A stretch of 64,000 nt of DNA from positions 1,694-65,693 of the forward strand of contig NTJS01000005.1 in assembly GCA_002457155.1 (NCBI GenBank). The letters are read 5' to 3'. This document shows, piece by piece, positions 9,217 through 21,400 of the stretch (positions are counted from its first letter, which is position 1; each line of letters opens with the position of its first letter). The stretch comes from Marine Group II euryarchaeote MED-G35. Its GTDB lineage: Archaea > Thermoplasmatota > Poseidoniia > Poseidoniales > Thalassarchaeaceae. The notes under the pieces were generated by a model, which saw only the letters and a program-made list of their open reading frames with translations, ran no database searches and was not told where the DNA came from. Both the position numbers and the translations under genes were made by a program.

Positions 9217-9999
9217 TCAGAAATCAAGATCGACAATTACTGGAGCATGGTCGGATACAACTAGCCCCCCTTCCCTCATGATCTCTGTTGATTTCATCAG
9301 CGGTCTAGCCGCTTTGTTTGCTAGGATGTAATCAATCCTCCAACCTCTGTCCCTCTCCCTTGCTCTTCGGAAATTCGACCACCACGAGTAAGGGCCCTTC
9401 ATTGGCCCGACATGTATCCTCAGGAGATCATGCCACCCTGCTTCCAGCATTCTGTCGAACCACTCTCTCTCGTTCTCCAGGAATCCTGAAGTGCGCTTAT
9501 TTCCCTTGGGATCCCAGATATCGTCCTCAGTATGGGCAATGTTCAGATCCCCGCACAGTAGTGCGGGTTCGGACGACTCGAGGAACTGTTTACTCCAAAC
9601 GAGCATGTCCTCCAGCCACTGATCCTTGTAGTCCTGGCGCTCCTGCCTGGCGGATCCATTCGGCAGATACATGTTTATGCAACTCAGGTTATCGTGCTTA
9701 GTGACCAATACTCGCCCCTCTGGATCCCTGGTCTCATCTAGTTCGGTGTCTATCCCCCTGCCCACCTCAACCATCCCAACCCGAGAGCAAGACATCACGC
9801 CTGAGTACCCCTTCTTCTGAGCTGGGTGCCAAATTACCTCATAGCCGTCTGGCTGCGACCAGTCCTTTGGCATCTGCTCTGGCAGGGCACGGACTTCCTG
9901 GAAGAGCATCACGTCGGCATCGATGCGTTCGATGAACTCAACGAGCCCCTTTCGATGGGCGGCTCGAATCCCATTCAGGTTCCAGGAGGCGACTCGCAT
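9217..9999 (-). CDS. xthA: Exodeoxyribonuclease III / AP endonuclease
   Basis: Motifs MRVASWNLNGIRAA, LFQEV, GDLNIAH and C-terminal SDHAPV. Confidence 0.9.
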   Translation of the reverse strand: MRVASWNLNGIRAAHRKGLVEFIERIDADVMLFQEVRALPEQMPKDWSQPDGYEVIWHPAQKKGYSGVMSCSRVGMVEVGRGIDTELDETRDPEGRVLVTKHDNLSCINMYLPNGSARQERQDYKDQWLEDMLVWSKQFLESSEPALLCGDLNIAHTEDDIWDPKGNKRTSGFLENEREWFDRMLEAGWHDLLRIHVGPMKGPYSWWSNFRRARERDRGWRIDYILANKAARPLMKSTEIMREGGLVVSDHAPVIVDLDF

Positions 10000-10008
10000 G
10001 GGGGGTGC

Positions 10009-12501
10009 TCACTGAGATAGGTCTTTGACTTTCTCGACTAGATCCATCCTGCTGATTCTCCACATCCCGTATGGTGTGAGAATTACTGAGATGAGAACAA
10101 CGATTCCGACAAGTTGTGCTGCAACCATGAAATCAGACTTCACAGTGAGATATAATGACCATTGGACGAATGTAGAGATTAATGCTTGAGTGCCAAAAAT
10201 AGTGAAAACAGTGGCGAGAATTCCACCTATCAAACCAATAGCGATATGTTCACCCAGCATCATCAATCCAATCCTATTTATTGGGGCACCAAGCACCCTT
10301 AGTGTCGCAATCTCTACGTCTCGTTCTGCAAGATTGATGATCAGAGTATTGAATAAAACAACAATTGCAATGATTATTCCAAGCGCAAGAATTGAAATGA
10401 ACATTGCTTGTTGCTGTTCCAAAATAGACTCAAAAGTTTTGATTAAGTCCTCTCTTTGAGTCACTCCGAGTGAGATTTCGCCCAATTCACTGTCGACTTC
10501 GACTCCCTCCGGCAAATCGATCAAAACAGAGGTCGCTTCGATTCCCACTACGGGTACGAGATCTTGTCGATGGAAGTATACGGTTCGCGTCAGTTCTCCT
10601 TGAGTGATTCCGGTTATCTCAATATCCAACGAAGTTGAACCAAACATAATCGTCTGAGTTTGCCCAATTTGCCAATCGAGGAAGTGCTGTAATCCCTCAT
10701 CAACCAGAACCTGTGTGACTTCAGAATTAGAAGCAGGGAGTGTGCCTTCTTTGAGATCTATAACTATCATGGAATTTTCATTAGTAGATACCGTATCCAA
10801 CCCATAAGTCAAGAGGTATCTCATATCTCCCTCCGGGTTAGCCGGGAAAACTAGCATCAACTCATGAGATGCACCTCTCTCATCGGCCCATTCATTCACT
10901 GCCACCTCCCCTCCAAAGGGAACAACAACTTGCGCATCCCAATTCTGGTTATTCTCAACATTGCCAACTACAGCATCTTCCATTGTGGCCATCATCAGTG
11001 TCATACTGCCAAAGATTAGCATCGACAGGCCGACAGCAATGAATGTGAAGGCTAGTCTAGTTGGTTTTCTAATGCTGGACCTGATGGTCAGGCCTACTGT
11101 GGAAGGTAATCTCGAAGTTAACTTCTGTAGGCCTCGAGACGAGAGTCTGATCTGATGTTGGCCACGCATGATTTCCAGAGGTTGTAGTCTAGAGGCTTGG
11201 ATAGCTGGAAGAATCCCAGAAAACAAAACAATCAACATCGCGGTTCCAGAAATTTGCAGTAGGATTGGAACGATATCTGCAGGTTCAATAATTGGAATTC
11301 CCAGCAATCCTTCATACATACCCAGCATTCCTGGAGCACCCAATAGTACACCAAGGATTGTACCAAATAAGCATCCTATCAGACCTATGATGATGGGCAT
11401 CAAGATATATCCTGGAATTATAGCATTTCGTGGGATCCCAAGTGTTCGCAATATTGCAATCTCTCTAGCCTGAGATTGTACCAATCTCTGAAGGCTCAAG
11501 AAGATGGTGATGCCAGCAACTATTGCGATCATTGCAGTAACTGGTACATACATCGACATCGCACCTTCGGCATCGGTACGAAGCAATTCTACTGATTCGA
11601 CTCCTGAACGACTGTAAACCAACGAGGGTGAGTCATCAATATCTTGCATGACAGAGTCGATCTTTCCGATAATTGAACTAAGTTCTTCACCTTCGACTTC
11701 AGTGGTAGTCTGCAAGTCATATTCCGGAGTCCCAACTATGTCGATGAGTAGAAGATTGGCCGAACCTGAACTGAGGTCGGCTAACCTCTCAAGGCCTCCG
11801 GCCGTCAAATATCCAGTAGCAAATGTTCCTGGTTCGGAGGGATATAGTGATCCACTCTGGGCAAAGTACAGATGATTTGAATGGTGACCAACCCCCACAA
11901 TGGTGTAATCCATGCTTCCAGCTCCGGAACCTATCGATATGATATCGCCAATCTCAACCTCCATTCCTTCAGCCACCCTTACATCGACGACTATCTCATC
12001 ATCTGCACTGGCCATAACACCTGAGCAGCAGTCGTGGTCAGGAAACCACACTCGGTCGACATTTCCTTCGTCAATACCATGCCAAACAGCAGGAATGATT
12101 GATTCTTCACCATCCTCATTCGTGTGAAACATGACTCCATCCAGTTTCAAGCGAGGTTCGCATTCGTTAAGCACTAAATCTGAATCAGGCCATTGATTTG
12201 CGATTTCCTCACAAATTGAATCAGTAGTACTGCCATCCCAAGCCCGACTAGGGTTTTCAACCCAAATATCTGCAAGGTTTACTCCCTCATCAGTATCCGC
12301 ATAGATGTCATCATACATGCTTGAGGCTGTATGTGCATATGCTGCAAAAGAAATACCTGCGAAAACACCAACCGTCACCATGAGTACCACAGCGAAGAGT
12401 CGAACCCTTGTCCGCCATAGGCTTCTTGCCAAACGCTTTGTAAGTAGGACAAACAAGTAAATCACCTCATTCAACAATTTCGTCAGACAGTACCTTCCCA
12501 C
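10009..12501 (-). CDS. ABC transporter permease, MacB/FtsX-like with two FtsX modules
   Basis: Two FtsX-type signatures (REIAILRTLGIPRNAI and DVEIATLRVLGAPINRI). Each is embedded in a 4-TM bundle and preceded by a large extracytoplasmic domain. The GTG start at 12501 overlaps the ATPase gene by 35 nt. A GTG just after the ATPase stop is an alternative start. Confidence 0.8.
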   Translation of the reverse strand: MGRYCLTKLLNEVIYLFVLLTKRLARSLWRTRVRLFAVVLMVTVGVFAGISFAAYAHTASSMYDDIYADTDEGVNLADIWVENPSRAWDGSTTDSICEEIANQWPDSDLVLNECEPRLKLDGVMFHTNEDGEESIIPAVWHGIDEGNVDRVWFPDHDCCSGVMASADDEIVVDVRVAEGMEVEIGDIISIGSGAGSMDYTIVGVGHHSNHLYFAQSGSLYPSEPGTFATGYLTAGGLERLADLSSGSANLLLIDIVGTPEYDLQTTTEVEGEELSSIIGKIDSVMQDIDDSPSLVYSRSGVESVELLRTDAEGAMSMYVPVTAMIAIVAGITIFLSLQRLVQSQAREIAILRTLGIPRNAIIPGYILMPIIIGLIGCLFGTILGVLLGAPGMLGMYEGLLGIPIIEPADIVPILLQISGTAMLIVLFSGILPAIQASRLQPLEIMRGQHQIRLSSRGLQKLTSRLPSTVGLTIRSSIRKPTRLAFTFIAVGLSMLIFGSMTLMMATMEDAVVGNVENNQNWDAQVVVPFGGEVAVNEWADERGASHELMLVFPANPEGDMRYLLTYGLDTVSTNENSMIVIDLKEGTLPASNSEVTQVLVDEGLQHFLDWQIGQTQTIMFGSTSLDIEITGITQGELTRTVYFHRQDLVPVVGIEATSVLIDLPEGVEVDSELGEISLGVTQREDLIKTFESILEQQQAMFISILALGIIIAIVVLFNTLIINLAERDVEIATLRVLGAPINRIGLMMLGEHIAIGLIGGILATVFTIFGTQALISTFVQWSLYLTVKSDFMVAAQLVGIVVLISVILTPYGMWRISRMDLVEKVKDLSQ

Positions 12502-13147
12502 TGTCGATTCTTACAACTCTTGTAGCGTATTCAATCAATGATTCGTCATGAGTGACGAAAACACAGGTTATTCCTTCTGCTTCACATGCCTTGACTAGTA
12601 CTTCCATGACTGCAGTAGAGGTCTTCGAGTCGAGGTTGCCGGTTAGTTCATCACCAAGTAGAAGGCGAGGAGTCTTGGCTAGGCTTCTTGCAATCGCTAC
12701 CCGCTGCTGCTGGCCTCCACTAATCTCCGCAGGGAATCTATGGATTTCATCGGCAAGCCCGACCATACCGAGTAGTTCCCTGGCCCTCCCCTCGTCCCTA
12801 CTCCCGGCTAGTTCCTGGATGAGCAGGATATTCTCCAGAACGGTTAGATCCTGTAGGAGATTGAAGAATTGGAAGACGTATCCTATGTTGTCTCTCCTGA
12901 ATTTTGTCATCTTCTCTGAGTCGTTTGAAGGCACTAATGATCCTGAGAATGAGTAGCTTCCCGAGGTTGGGCTATCCAACGCAGAGAGGCAGTTTAGAAG
13001 GGTGGTCTTCCCCGAACCAGAGGGCCCGAGAAGGATGATCCGCTCTCCTTCACTAACTTCCAGATCGATTCCGTCAAGGGCCTTCACAGTCCCGGATGGC
13101 ATCGCATAATGCCGTCTTATGTTGCGCATTTTCAGTATCTTTTCCAT
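12467..13147 (-). CDS. ABC transporter ATP-binding protein (MacB/LolD-like)
   Basis: Walker A (GPSGSGKTT), signature (ISGGQQQRVAIARSLA), Walker B (LLLGDELTGNLD) and H-loop (VTHD). Confidence 0.9.
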   Translation of the reverse strand: MEKILKMRNIRRHYAMPSGTVKALDGIDLEVSEGERIILLGPSGSGKTTLLNCLSALDSPTSGSYSFSGSLVPSNDSEKMTKFRRDNIGYVFQFFNLLQDLTVLENILLIQELAGSRDEGRARELLGMVGLADEIHRFPAEISGGQQQRVAIARSLAKTPRLLLGDELTGNLDSKTSTAVMEVLVKACEAEGITCVFVTHDESLIEYATRVVRIDSGKVLSDEIVE

Positions 13148-13200
13148 CTATCTCACCACAATCGGATTATTCCAAATTAGCATCCCTCTTTCGTGAGCCA

Positions 13201-15411
13201 TTACTCAGAGGCCCCGGCAAAGAATGACATTGACTCCTTGAACAACTCTTCCCTTCTGTGCCTCTTGTTGTCCCTTATCTTGAGCCACGTGAATCCTATT
13301 GCCAAGAGGATGATGAAAGGGATGAACGCCTCTGCGTGATATCGCTCCATCACCTCGATAATCCCGCGTGCCGTATAGGCCCAAGTGACCGATGCAGCAG
13401 TACCGCCAACGAAGCAGGCAGCGAGAACCCTCTGGAACCTCATTCGAGCTACCAGCCCTAGCATAGCCCCGACAAGAACTCCGCTGGCCATGAAAGGAAT
13501 CCATACGAATACTATCAGCCCCCAGAAGCCGTACTTGTCGATTCTTTTCCTGTTCTTTTGAGCCACATACTCCACCGAAGACAGAATGTCCCCCATGAAT
13601 GGGTTCTGCAGTAGGGCGCCCGGGATGCCATCCCGCTTAGCCACCATTGCCTCCCCGGCGTGTTCTTCTGAGCCCTGCTCAACCCGTCCGGCGACAGCCC
13701 TATCACCCAGTGTTGATTTCTCATTCCTAGCACTGACAACCAGTTCCCTTCCTTCTAGGAGATGTTCCAAGTCAGATCCCAGTTGGTCCCTTAGGTCTCC
13801 TTGTAGATGCTCGAAGGTGGGCTTGAACAGGAAATAAGCGAACTTCATGACTGGCCTGTAAATTACCCTGACGAAAACTGCATCCTCATCTGCCATAATT
13901 GCGGAGCCATAGTCCGCGACGTCGTGTTTCCTGAACCACCTTGACATGCTTTCTCTGAAAGCCTCCTCTAGTTTACCGAACTGCCCAATTGAGGAAAAGA
14001 AGACACTGTAGTCATCGGATAGTCTGACTTCGCCAATTTCGTCGAAATCAGGGGTTTCTCCCGACCCATCATTTGAGTCGGTACAAACTGTCTTTACCTG
14101 AAGCGGCCTCATCTCTCCGAAGATTCGGAACTCGTTCAGAATATCCTTGATTATGGTGCCTTTAACTTCGATTGGAGACATGATTGCCTTCCTTGTAGAG
14201 CTATATGGAAGAAAAACATCGACTGAGATTGCCCTATCCTGAACTTGGATGGATTCCAGATCGGGTTTGATATGGAGCCTCTTGCAGGCGTTTTCAACCG
14301 TCCTGGAGATTAGCCTTGTCATCTGTTCACTGGATAGCATATCGTCTGAATCCCTATGGTACAACCTATGCATCAAGGGATACTGGACACAAAGGAAGAA
14401 TACGGACATCCCCAGTGAGATCATTGCCATATACCATGGAGGAACTTCTGCATTCCCCCCAGTTAGCATCGCTGTCTCCCTCCCGCCAACCCACTCTGCT
14501 CCCATCAGAATCCAACCCCAGATACCCATGTCCTGGATTGTCATGCATGCACGAGTCTCCTCGTCGATCTTCTCCATCTTCCTATGTGTTTCTCCAGAAC
14601 CGAAAAGAGAGGAGGAAGTGCTAGTATGCAACTCTATTTCTAGATCCTTGTACGAAATATCAAGGAGGGGGTCATTCCCTTTCTCCGTAATTTCCTCTTC
14701 AGAAAGTTCTGACCATCCAGTTGAATTGTCCTCCGAATATATTACTGCGATTAGGATTTTGTAGTCCCCGTCATCCAATTCTTCCTTGCTCAATTCCACG
14801 GACAGGTCCCCAGAACCACCTACAGCAAGGGTGATTTCCGCGTCACCTTCGATTTCCCCCTCGGAGTCGAGTACTGACTCATTCCACACTAGGACCATTA
14901 TGGCAGAGGAAGAAGATGTTGGTACGTTGTTACTTTGAATTCTCAGATTATCTTCCTGGACCCAGGTCTTGACCCAAACCTCACCTCTCTTGTCAACACA
15001 ATCATTTGGGTCTAGTGGAGTTCCCGACAGGGAATCATCAATCGCGATGGAGTCACCGAGAATTAACCCCGATGAGGCGATTGTGACCGAGCCAAAGAAC
15101 ACCAAGCCAGCAATCAATCCGAAGACCAAAGTATAGTCATCGAATGTCTGGGGCACTACGGTGTTGTACAGAAAGCTCTGACCGGGATTCTCCCTCCTAT
15201 CCCTAATCCTGTCCAGTTCTACGTCAATCCTGTCATCGGCTTCAGAGCTAGAAGATGCTCCAGTGGAGTGTTTCTCCTCGGTTTCGAGGGTTGTTGACGG
15301 AAGGATGGCTTCGTCCATTGGAAGCAGACGAGCGGGTCGGGCGTATGTGATATTTTTCACGGAATGTAGTGTATCAATCTGATCAATGATCAGTCGGCAT
15401 TCGGAGATCAA
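13201..15411 (-). CDS. Large polytopic membrane protein; C-terminal COG2426 / small-multidrug-export-like domain
   Basis: Several TM helices. The C-terminal ~150 aa (FWGLIVFVWIPFMASGVLVGAMLGLVARM...FIPFIILLAIGFTWL) resemble the putative small multidrug export family. The rest is unassigned. The real start may be ATG 15318 (MDEAIL), because the ORF start lies only 17 nt from the divergent gene. Confidence 0.55.
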   Translation of the reverse strand: MISECRLIIDQIDTLHSVKNITYARPARLLPMDEAILPSTTLETEEKHSTGASSSSEADDRIDVELDRIRDRRENPGQSFLYNTVVPQTFDDYTLVFGLIAGLVFFGSVTIASSGLILGDSIAIDDSLSGTPLDPNDCVDKRGEVWVKTWVQEDNLRIQSNNVPTSSSSAIMVLVWNESVLDSEGEIEGDAEITLAVGGSGDLSVELSKEELDDGDYKILIAVIYSEDNSTGWSELSEEEITEKGNDPLLDISYKDLEIELHTSTSSSLFGSGETHRKMEKIDEETRACMTIQDMGIWGWILMGAEWVGGRETAMLTGGNAEVPPWYMAMISLGMSVFFLCVQYPLMHRLYHRDSDDMLSSEQMTRLISRTVENACKRLHIKPDLESIQVQDRAISVDVFLPYSSTRKAIMSPIEVKGTIIKDILNEFRIFGEMRPLQVKTVCTDSNDGSGETPDFDEIGEVRLSDDYSVFFSSIGQFGKLEEAFRESMSRWFRKHDVADYGSAIMADEDAVFVRVIYRPVMKFAYFLFKPTFEHLQGDLRDQLGSDLEHLLEGRELVVSARNEKSTLGDRAVAGRVEQGSEEHAGEAMVAKRDGIPGALLQNPFMGDILSSVEYVAQKNRKRIDKYGFWGLIVFVWIPFMASGVLVGAMLGLVARMRFQRVLAACFVGGTAASVTWAYTARGIIEVMERYHAEAFIPFIILLAIGFTWLKIRDNKRHRREELFKESMSFFAGASE

Positions 15412-15476
15412 TTTTGTAATATTAAACGATGGAGCGTGGAGGCAATTTTAATGTCCTCCTACTCCGTAGGAGGGGT

Positions 15477-18400
15477 ATGTCTAGTGTCAACGCGGTGGGG
15501 TCGCGTCTGTCTCTTCTTCTCGTTGGCCTGATGCTTCTCCCGAGTGCCGTGACAATCTTGACCTACCAAATTAGCAATGAGGATCTATTAGATGATGGCA
15601 GGATGGACTCGATTGATTTCGATCTAGAGACCCATTCCACTCTTGGAATCCCCGAATCTAGCGATCCTGCCCATGGATGGAAGGGCGACCCCGGTAATGT
15701 CGGAGAAGCGACTCTATTCTATCGGACTGCTACATATGTCCCGATAGGAGAGTGGGGGGCTATGACTGGAGATAGTTTCATGTCTGGTTGGTTCGTTTTG
15801 GCGCACGATTATCCAGTACCATCTGATTGGAAGTCTGAATTGAGCGAACTGGGGTTGGAATGTAGAACGTTCTACTCGCCACAGGGATTCCACTGCAAGG
15901 TTCCGAAGATGACACCAATGGAACTATCAGATTCTGGAGTAATGGGGGCGTTCCGACTTGACTCGACGGACAAGCTGGCTCCAGATGTCATACCCTTGGT
16001 CGAAGGGGGATCTAGTAACGCAGTAATGCAAGGGGAACGATATGTGATGAACGTCGTATTAGGCGGTTCTGACGAATTAGCAAACCTGATTTCTTCTGGA
16101 GTCGAGGTGGTCGACTACCGATCAGACAGGGTTGCGGAAGTCGTAGTTGACCAGAAGGATATGATTGGTCTCGTCAATCTTGATTTTGTCGAGTGGATTG
16201 AGCCGAAGTATCCATCTCAGTTTGATAACGAGGCAGCAGCAGGAATCATCGATGCTGATTGGGTCGGCGATGCAGCCACCATGGTTTCCTTCGGAGGTTC
16301 ACTCTCAGGGGCCGGGGTGATCGTTGGAGTGATGGACTCCGGCCTAGACAATGCAGTAGAATGCTCGAGTCTCTCCAATTGCAACAGCCTCAACAGTGGA
16401 ATACATGCAGACTTCGCTGGAAGAATCGCTGGAGTTGTTTCGTACACTTGCGGTGGTTGCACCGACGGCCCCGAGGATCAGCATGGCCATGGGACCCATG
16501 TTGCCGGATCTGTTCTGGGAGATGGTACGAACTCTCCCGATGGTTCTGACAATAGCGGAATGGCACCCGGTGCGCACCTGTTCATGCAATCCGTTCTGTG
16601 TGGCGGGTCCCTCTGCAACCCCTCATACGATGTCTTCTTCCCCGAGGCACACGATGCTGGTGCACGAGTCCACACCAATTCATGGGGATCTGGCCCTAGT
16701 CCCTCAAACTCTTGTGGCGGAAGTTGTTTGGCGTACTACAGCACTGCCGCGTTTGAGATAGATTCGGAAGCGAATTCCCTCACTGATTTAACGATTCTTT
16801 TCGCCATGGGGAATGATGCGATGGACTGCACTTACAACTCGTACGGACAGTCATCCTGCTATGGAGGGAAAGATGGGGAAATCAACCTAGGTGCAATGAA
16901 TCAACAGGCTACTGCAAAGAACATCCTTTCAGTGGGTGCCTCGGAAAATTATCGTGATACTTTGGCGCTATATGCTACGCCATACAGGAATTTCTGCAAC
17001 AGTGACCCTCCGTGCGATCTTCCCTTCACTAATGAGAAGTGGGGCACAGCTCCAATCAAGGATGACACGGCCAGTGACGATCCAGAGGGAATGGCCGCAT
17101 TCTCCAATAGGGGCCCTACCAATGATGGGAGGACCAAGCCCGATATAGTGGCACCCGGAACATGGATTCTGTCAACCAAATCCGAATTGCGATCTGCATC
17201 TGCTAACAATGACGTCGGGGAATATTACACTCACATGTTTGGAACTTCGATGGCTACCCCAATCACAGCAGGTTCGGTCGCCTTGGTAATAGAGTACCTG
17301 AATAACATTGGGGCTTACGATTGTAACCTTGCTAGCGACCCCTCGAGCGACCAATGCCCGGAGTCTGCTCTGATCAAGGCAATACTTGCATCTGGGGCAC
17401 ACGACATGGTTGGCCAATATACAACGGGGGGGAATTCCAATGGGAACGGGGCTGCGGAAAAGGCACCGAACAACCACGAAGGATGGGGCCGAGTTGACCT
17501 CCAACAACTGGTCTACTCTGGTTTCACAGAGGGAGTCGAGATCTCAACATCTGATAGCCATTCATTCAAACTCACAGTACCAGATACGGGGATCGAGGAT
17601 TTCCGAGTCGTTCTTTCATGGAATGACCCAGCAAACTCACCAAGTGCGGGACAGCAGTTGATCAACGATCTCGACATCCTCCTGAAGAGTCCCAGTGGGG
17701 CAGTTCAGACCTACACAAATGACGATTTGAACAATCTAGTGGGAATTTCACTTGGTGGGAATCCGGAAGTTGGCGATTGGGAAATCGTTGTCACTGGGGC
17801 AAACGTCCCGTCTGGGCCTCAGAAGTACTACTTGGCTTCCAGCGTAGGTGTCATCGAGGACATGAGGCATCCAGTATCAGATGGACTGAATGAGCCTGGT
17901 TTCCAATCCGGATCCATCTTCACCGAAACCACGATGTCTAGCGGTGGTGACCATCTCTGCGCGATTCTGGATGATTCCTCACTCCAGTGCTGGGGGAGCA
18001 ACTCGTTCGGACAATTGGGGGATGGGACAACCACCGACAGGCTTACGATGACCGAAGTGGGACTAGATGCAGCAAGGACCGCAGTTTCAATCAGCTCGGG
18101 CAAGGACCATACGTGCTCCATACTGGATAATGGCGACCTGCAATGCTGGGGGAGGAACAGCCATGGCCAACTAGGGGATGGAACTTCAGTTCATTCCAAT
18201 TCACCTGTTGATGTGAGTCTGTCCGGAGTACCCGTACAACTCTCCTCGGGGGATTGGCACAATTGCGCCATCCTGGACGATGCTAGCCTGCAATGCTGGG
18301 GGAAGAACGATCAGGGCCAGCTTGGGGATGGGACCAATGTCGATAGCAGCACCCCGGTATCCATATCCATCGGAGAAAACGTCCTAGCAGTCTCAACCGG

Positions 18401-21400
18401 ATCCAACCATACATGCGTGGTAACCAATTCCTGGGCTCTGAAATGCTGGGGCGACAACAGCAACGGGCAACTGGGAGTTGGGTCGACTTCCCCCTCCAAC
18501 AGCCCATCAACCGTCACTGTTGGTGGGAATGCCGTGGCAGTGTCCGCTGGAGGCTCACACACCTGCGCACTACTCGATGGTAACAATGTGAAATGCTGGG
18601 GCGACAACAGCAACGGGCAACTGGGAGATGGTGGGACAAACCAGCAGAACGACGCAGCAACCGTGGGAGTCTCCCTGACTGGAGCGATATCAATCGACTC
18701 TGGAGATAGCCATACCTGTGCGGTGAGTTCCAGCGATTCCCTCCACTGCTGGGGGGGCAGTGCAAATGGGCAAGTAGGAGACGGCAGTACTTCTGATCAA
18801 ATCACATCCCCCATTGAAATCGCACTAGGGCAGAATCTAGGTGCCCTGTCAGTCTCATCTGGGTCATCCTACACCTGTGTTGTTAGTAGCAATGACTTGG
18901 CCCGGTGCTGGGGTGGCCATGGTTCGGGAGCACTCTCCCTCGGAACCTCTCCTTCTGAGTTCACAATACCCATGTGGAGTTACATCAGCTCTTCGGAGAG
19001 GGATTGGAACGATAATGGAAACCTGAACATCTTCGAAGTCAGCGTTAGCAATGACGATGATGGCGATGGTTTTCCAAACTCTGTCGATAGCAATCCCAGC
19101 AATCCGACCGTGGCAGCTAGCTGCGCATCTGGGTCATTCGGCAGGTTCACCTGCAGGCAGGCAACTCCAGGATACTACGTAAGTGGAACAGGGAACACGG
19201 TGATGACTCCAGCGAGTCCGGGGAATTTCACGGACACCTTTGGTGCGACCTCACAAGTACAATGCAATGTAGGAAAGTTCCAGAGGCTATCTGGTCAGAC
19301 CTCATGCGATAATGCAGAGCCTGGCTATTACGTACCGGGAACCGGGGCTTATGAAGGAACACCTTGCCCTGCAGGGAAGTACAACGACCTATCGGGACAA
19401 AGTTCCGTAGATGCCTGCAAATGGGCTGAATCTGGTCATAGCGTTCCTGTGCTCACACAGGTGACATCAGGGGCTTCGCACTCCTGCGCAATCTTAGATG
19501 ATGGTTCGATTCGTTGCTGGGGAGAGAATAGCAACGGGCAGCTGGGTGATGGTTCGAGGACCCCGAGCCTAGAGCCGGAGAAGGCGTCCACGCCACTAGG
19601 GAGGAGAGCAGTTGGGGTTTCCGCGGGATCTTACCATACATGCTCCATGTTCGATGACGGTTCGGTACGCTGCTGGGGATCTAATGAATTCGGGCAACTG
19701 GGAGATGGGACAACCATAGAAAGGACTGCTCCCGTCACAGTCGACCTTGGGCAAGGAAAAAGCGCTCTAGGAATCTCATCCGGAGAGTCCCACACCTGTG
19801 CAGTCCTGAATGATCGTAGCGTCAAGTGCTGGGGCCTGAATAGCAACGGGCAGCTGGGTGATGGGACTACGACGGATAGGTCAAGCCCCATACTCACGGA
19901 CATGGGCGGGGAAGACGCTCTTCTGGTCTCCACGGGATCATACCACACCTGTGCCATCATGTCTGATAGGTCAGTGATGTGCTGGGGGGACAACTGGAAC
20001 GGGCAAATTGGGGATGGGACCAATGCAGATAGGACGACTCCGGTAGAGATTTCGATTCCAAGCAACAGTAGTGCGGTTTCCCTCGCTGCAGGAGCGTTGC
20101 ATACCTGTCTGGGTGTGAATGATGGGTCGCTGTTCTGCTGGGGCTACAACGCATACGGACAACTGGGGAACGGTGGCAATGCTAACTCCAACTCACCGAT
20201 GACAGTGCCACTGAGCGTAAACCAATTACTTTCATCTGTCCAAGTTGGACTATTCCACAGCTGCGCTCTTTTCGACTCCGGAGATGTTGCCTGCTGGGGT
20301 GACAACAGCAACGGGCAACTGGGCGATGGGTCGCAGAATGGGGTCACGGTCCCCACAGTAGTCAGCCTAGGCACGAACACGTCATCGATTTCAGTGGGCC
20401 AGAGGCATACTTGTGCCGTCCTCGATGACGCTAGCCTGAATTGCTGGGGGGCTAACGATGCCGGTCAGATAGGTGACGGAACCTCTTCCAACAGGAACAA
20501 CCCCACTGCTATCGACCTGGGTCATGGCTCAAAGGACCAGCTTCCGTGTGCACCGGGGTCATACCAGCCAAACCCATCCCAGACGACGTGCATCCTAGCA
20601 GACAGAGGGTTCATGGTCCCACAGTCTGGTCAGATTTCCCAGATCGGGTGTGTTGCTGGATACTACTCCAGCCTGAAGGGGCAACCTGCATGCACACCTG
20701 CGTCAAGAGGTTACTACGTCTCAGAGGCAGAATCCCCCTCACAGACCCCTTGCCCGAACGGCCAATCCACTTTGGAGGAGGCATCCACATTCTTCGACTT
20801 GTGCTTCAATGATTTCGATGGGGATGGAATACCAGATCAGTACGACACCGATGCAGACAATGACGGTGTGCCTAACGTAGATGACTACGACTGGCTGGAT
20901 CCCGACGTCTCCGCTGACTCGGATGGAGACAGGATTCCAGACAGCATCGACGTGGATGACGACAATGACGGCGTCAACGACACGGATGACCCATTCCCCA
21001 TGGACCAAGGGGAGTGGGAGGACAAAGACGGCGATGGCATTGGCGACAACGCCGATGAAGACGACGACGGAGACGGTAGGAGGGACATCTTCGACGTGTT
21101 CCCGAATGACGGGAACGAGTGGTCAGATGCCGATGGTGATGGCATTGGCGACAATTCCGATGCAGATGACGACAATGACGGGAGATGTGATGACACGACC
21201 TACTGGAGGCCCGACCTGGTCCCACCATCGAACAGCGGACCTAGCCAGGACGGGGACAGCATCCCCGACTGCTTCGCCTCTGCCAAGGGTGATGCCTTCC
21301 CATTCGATGCCAACGAGACGGATGACACGGATGGGGACAGCATAGGGAACAACGTGGATACCGACTGTGATGGCGATGGATGGCTCAATCCTGTGCCTTG

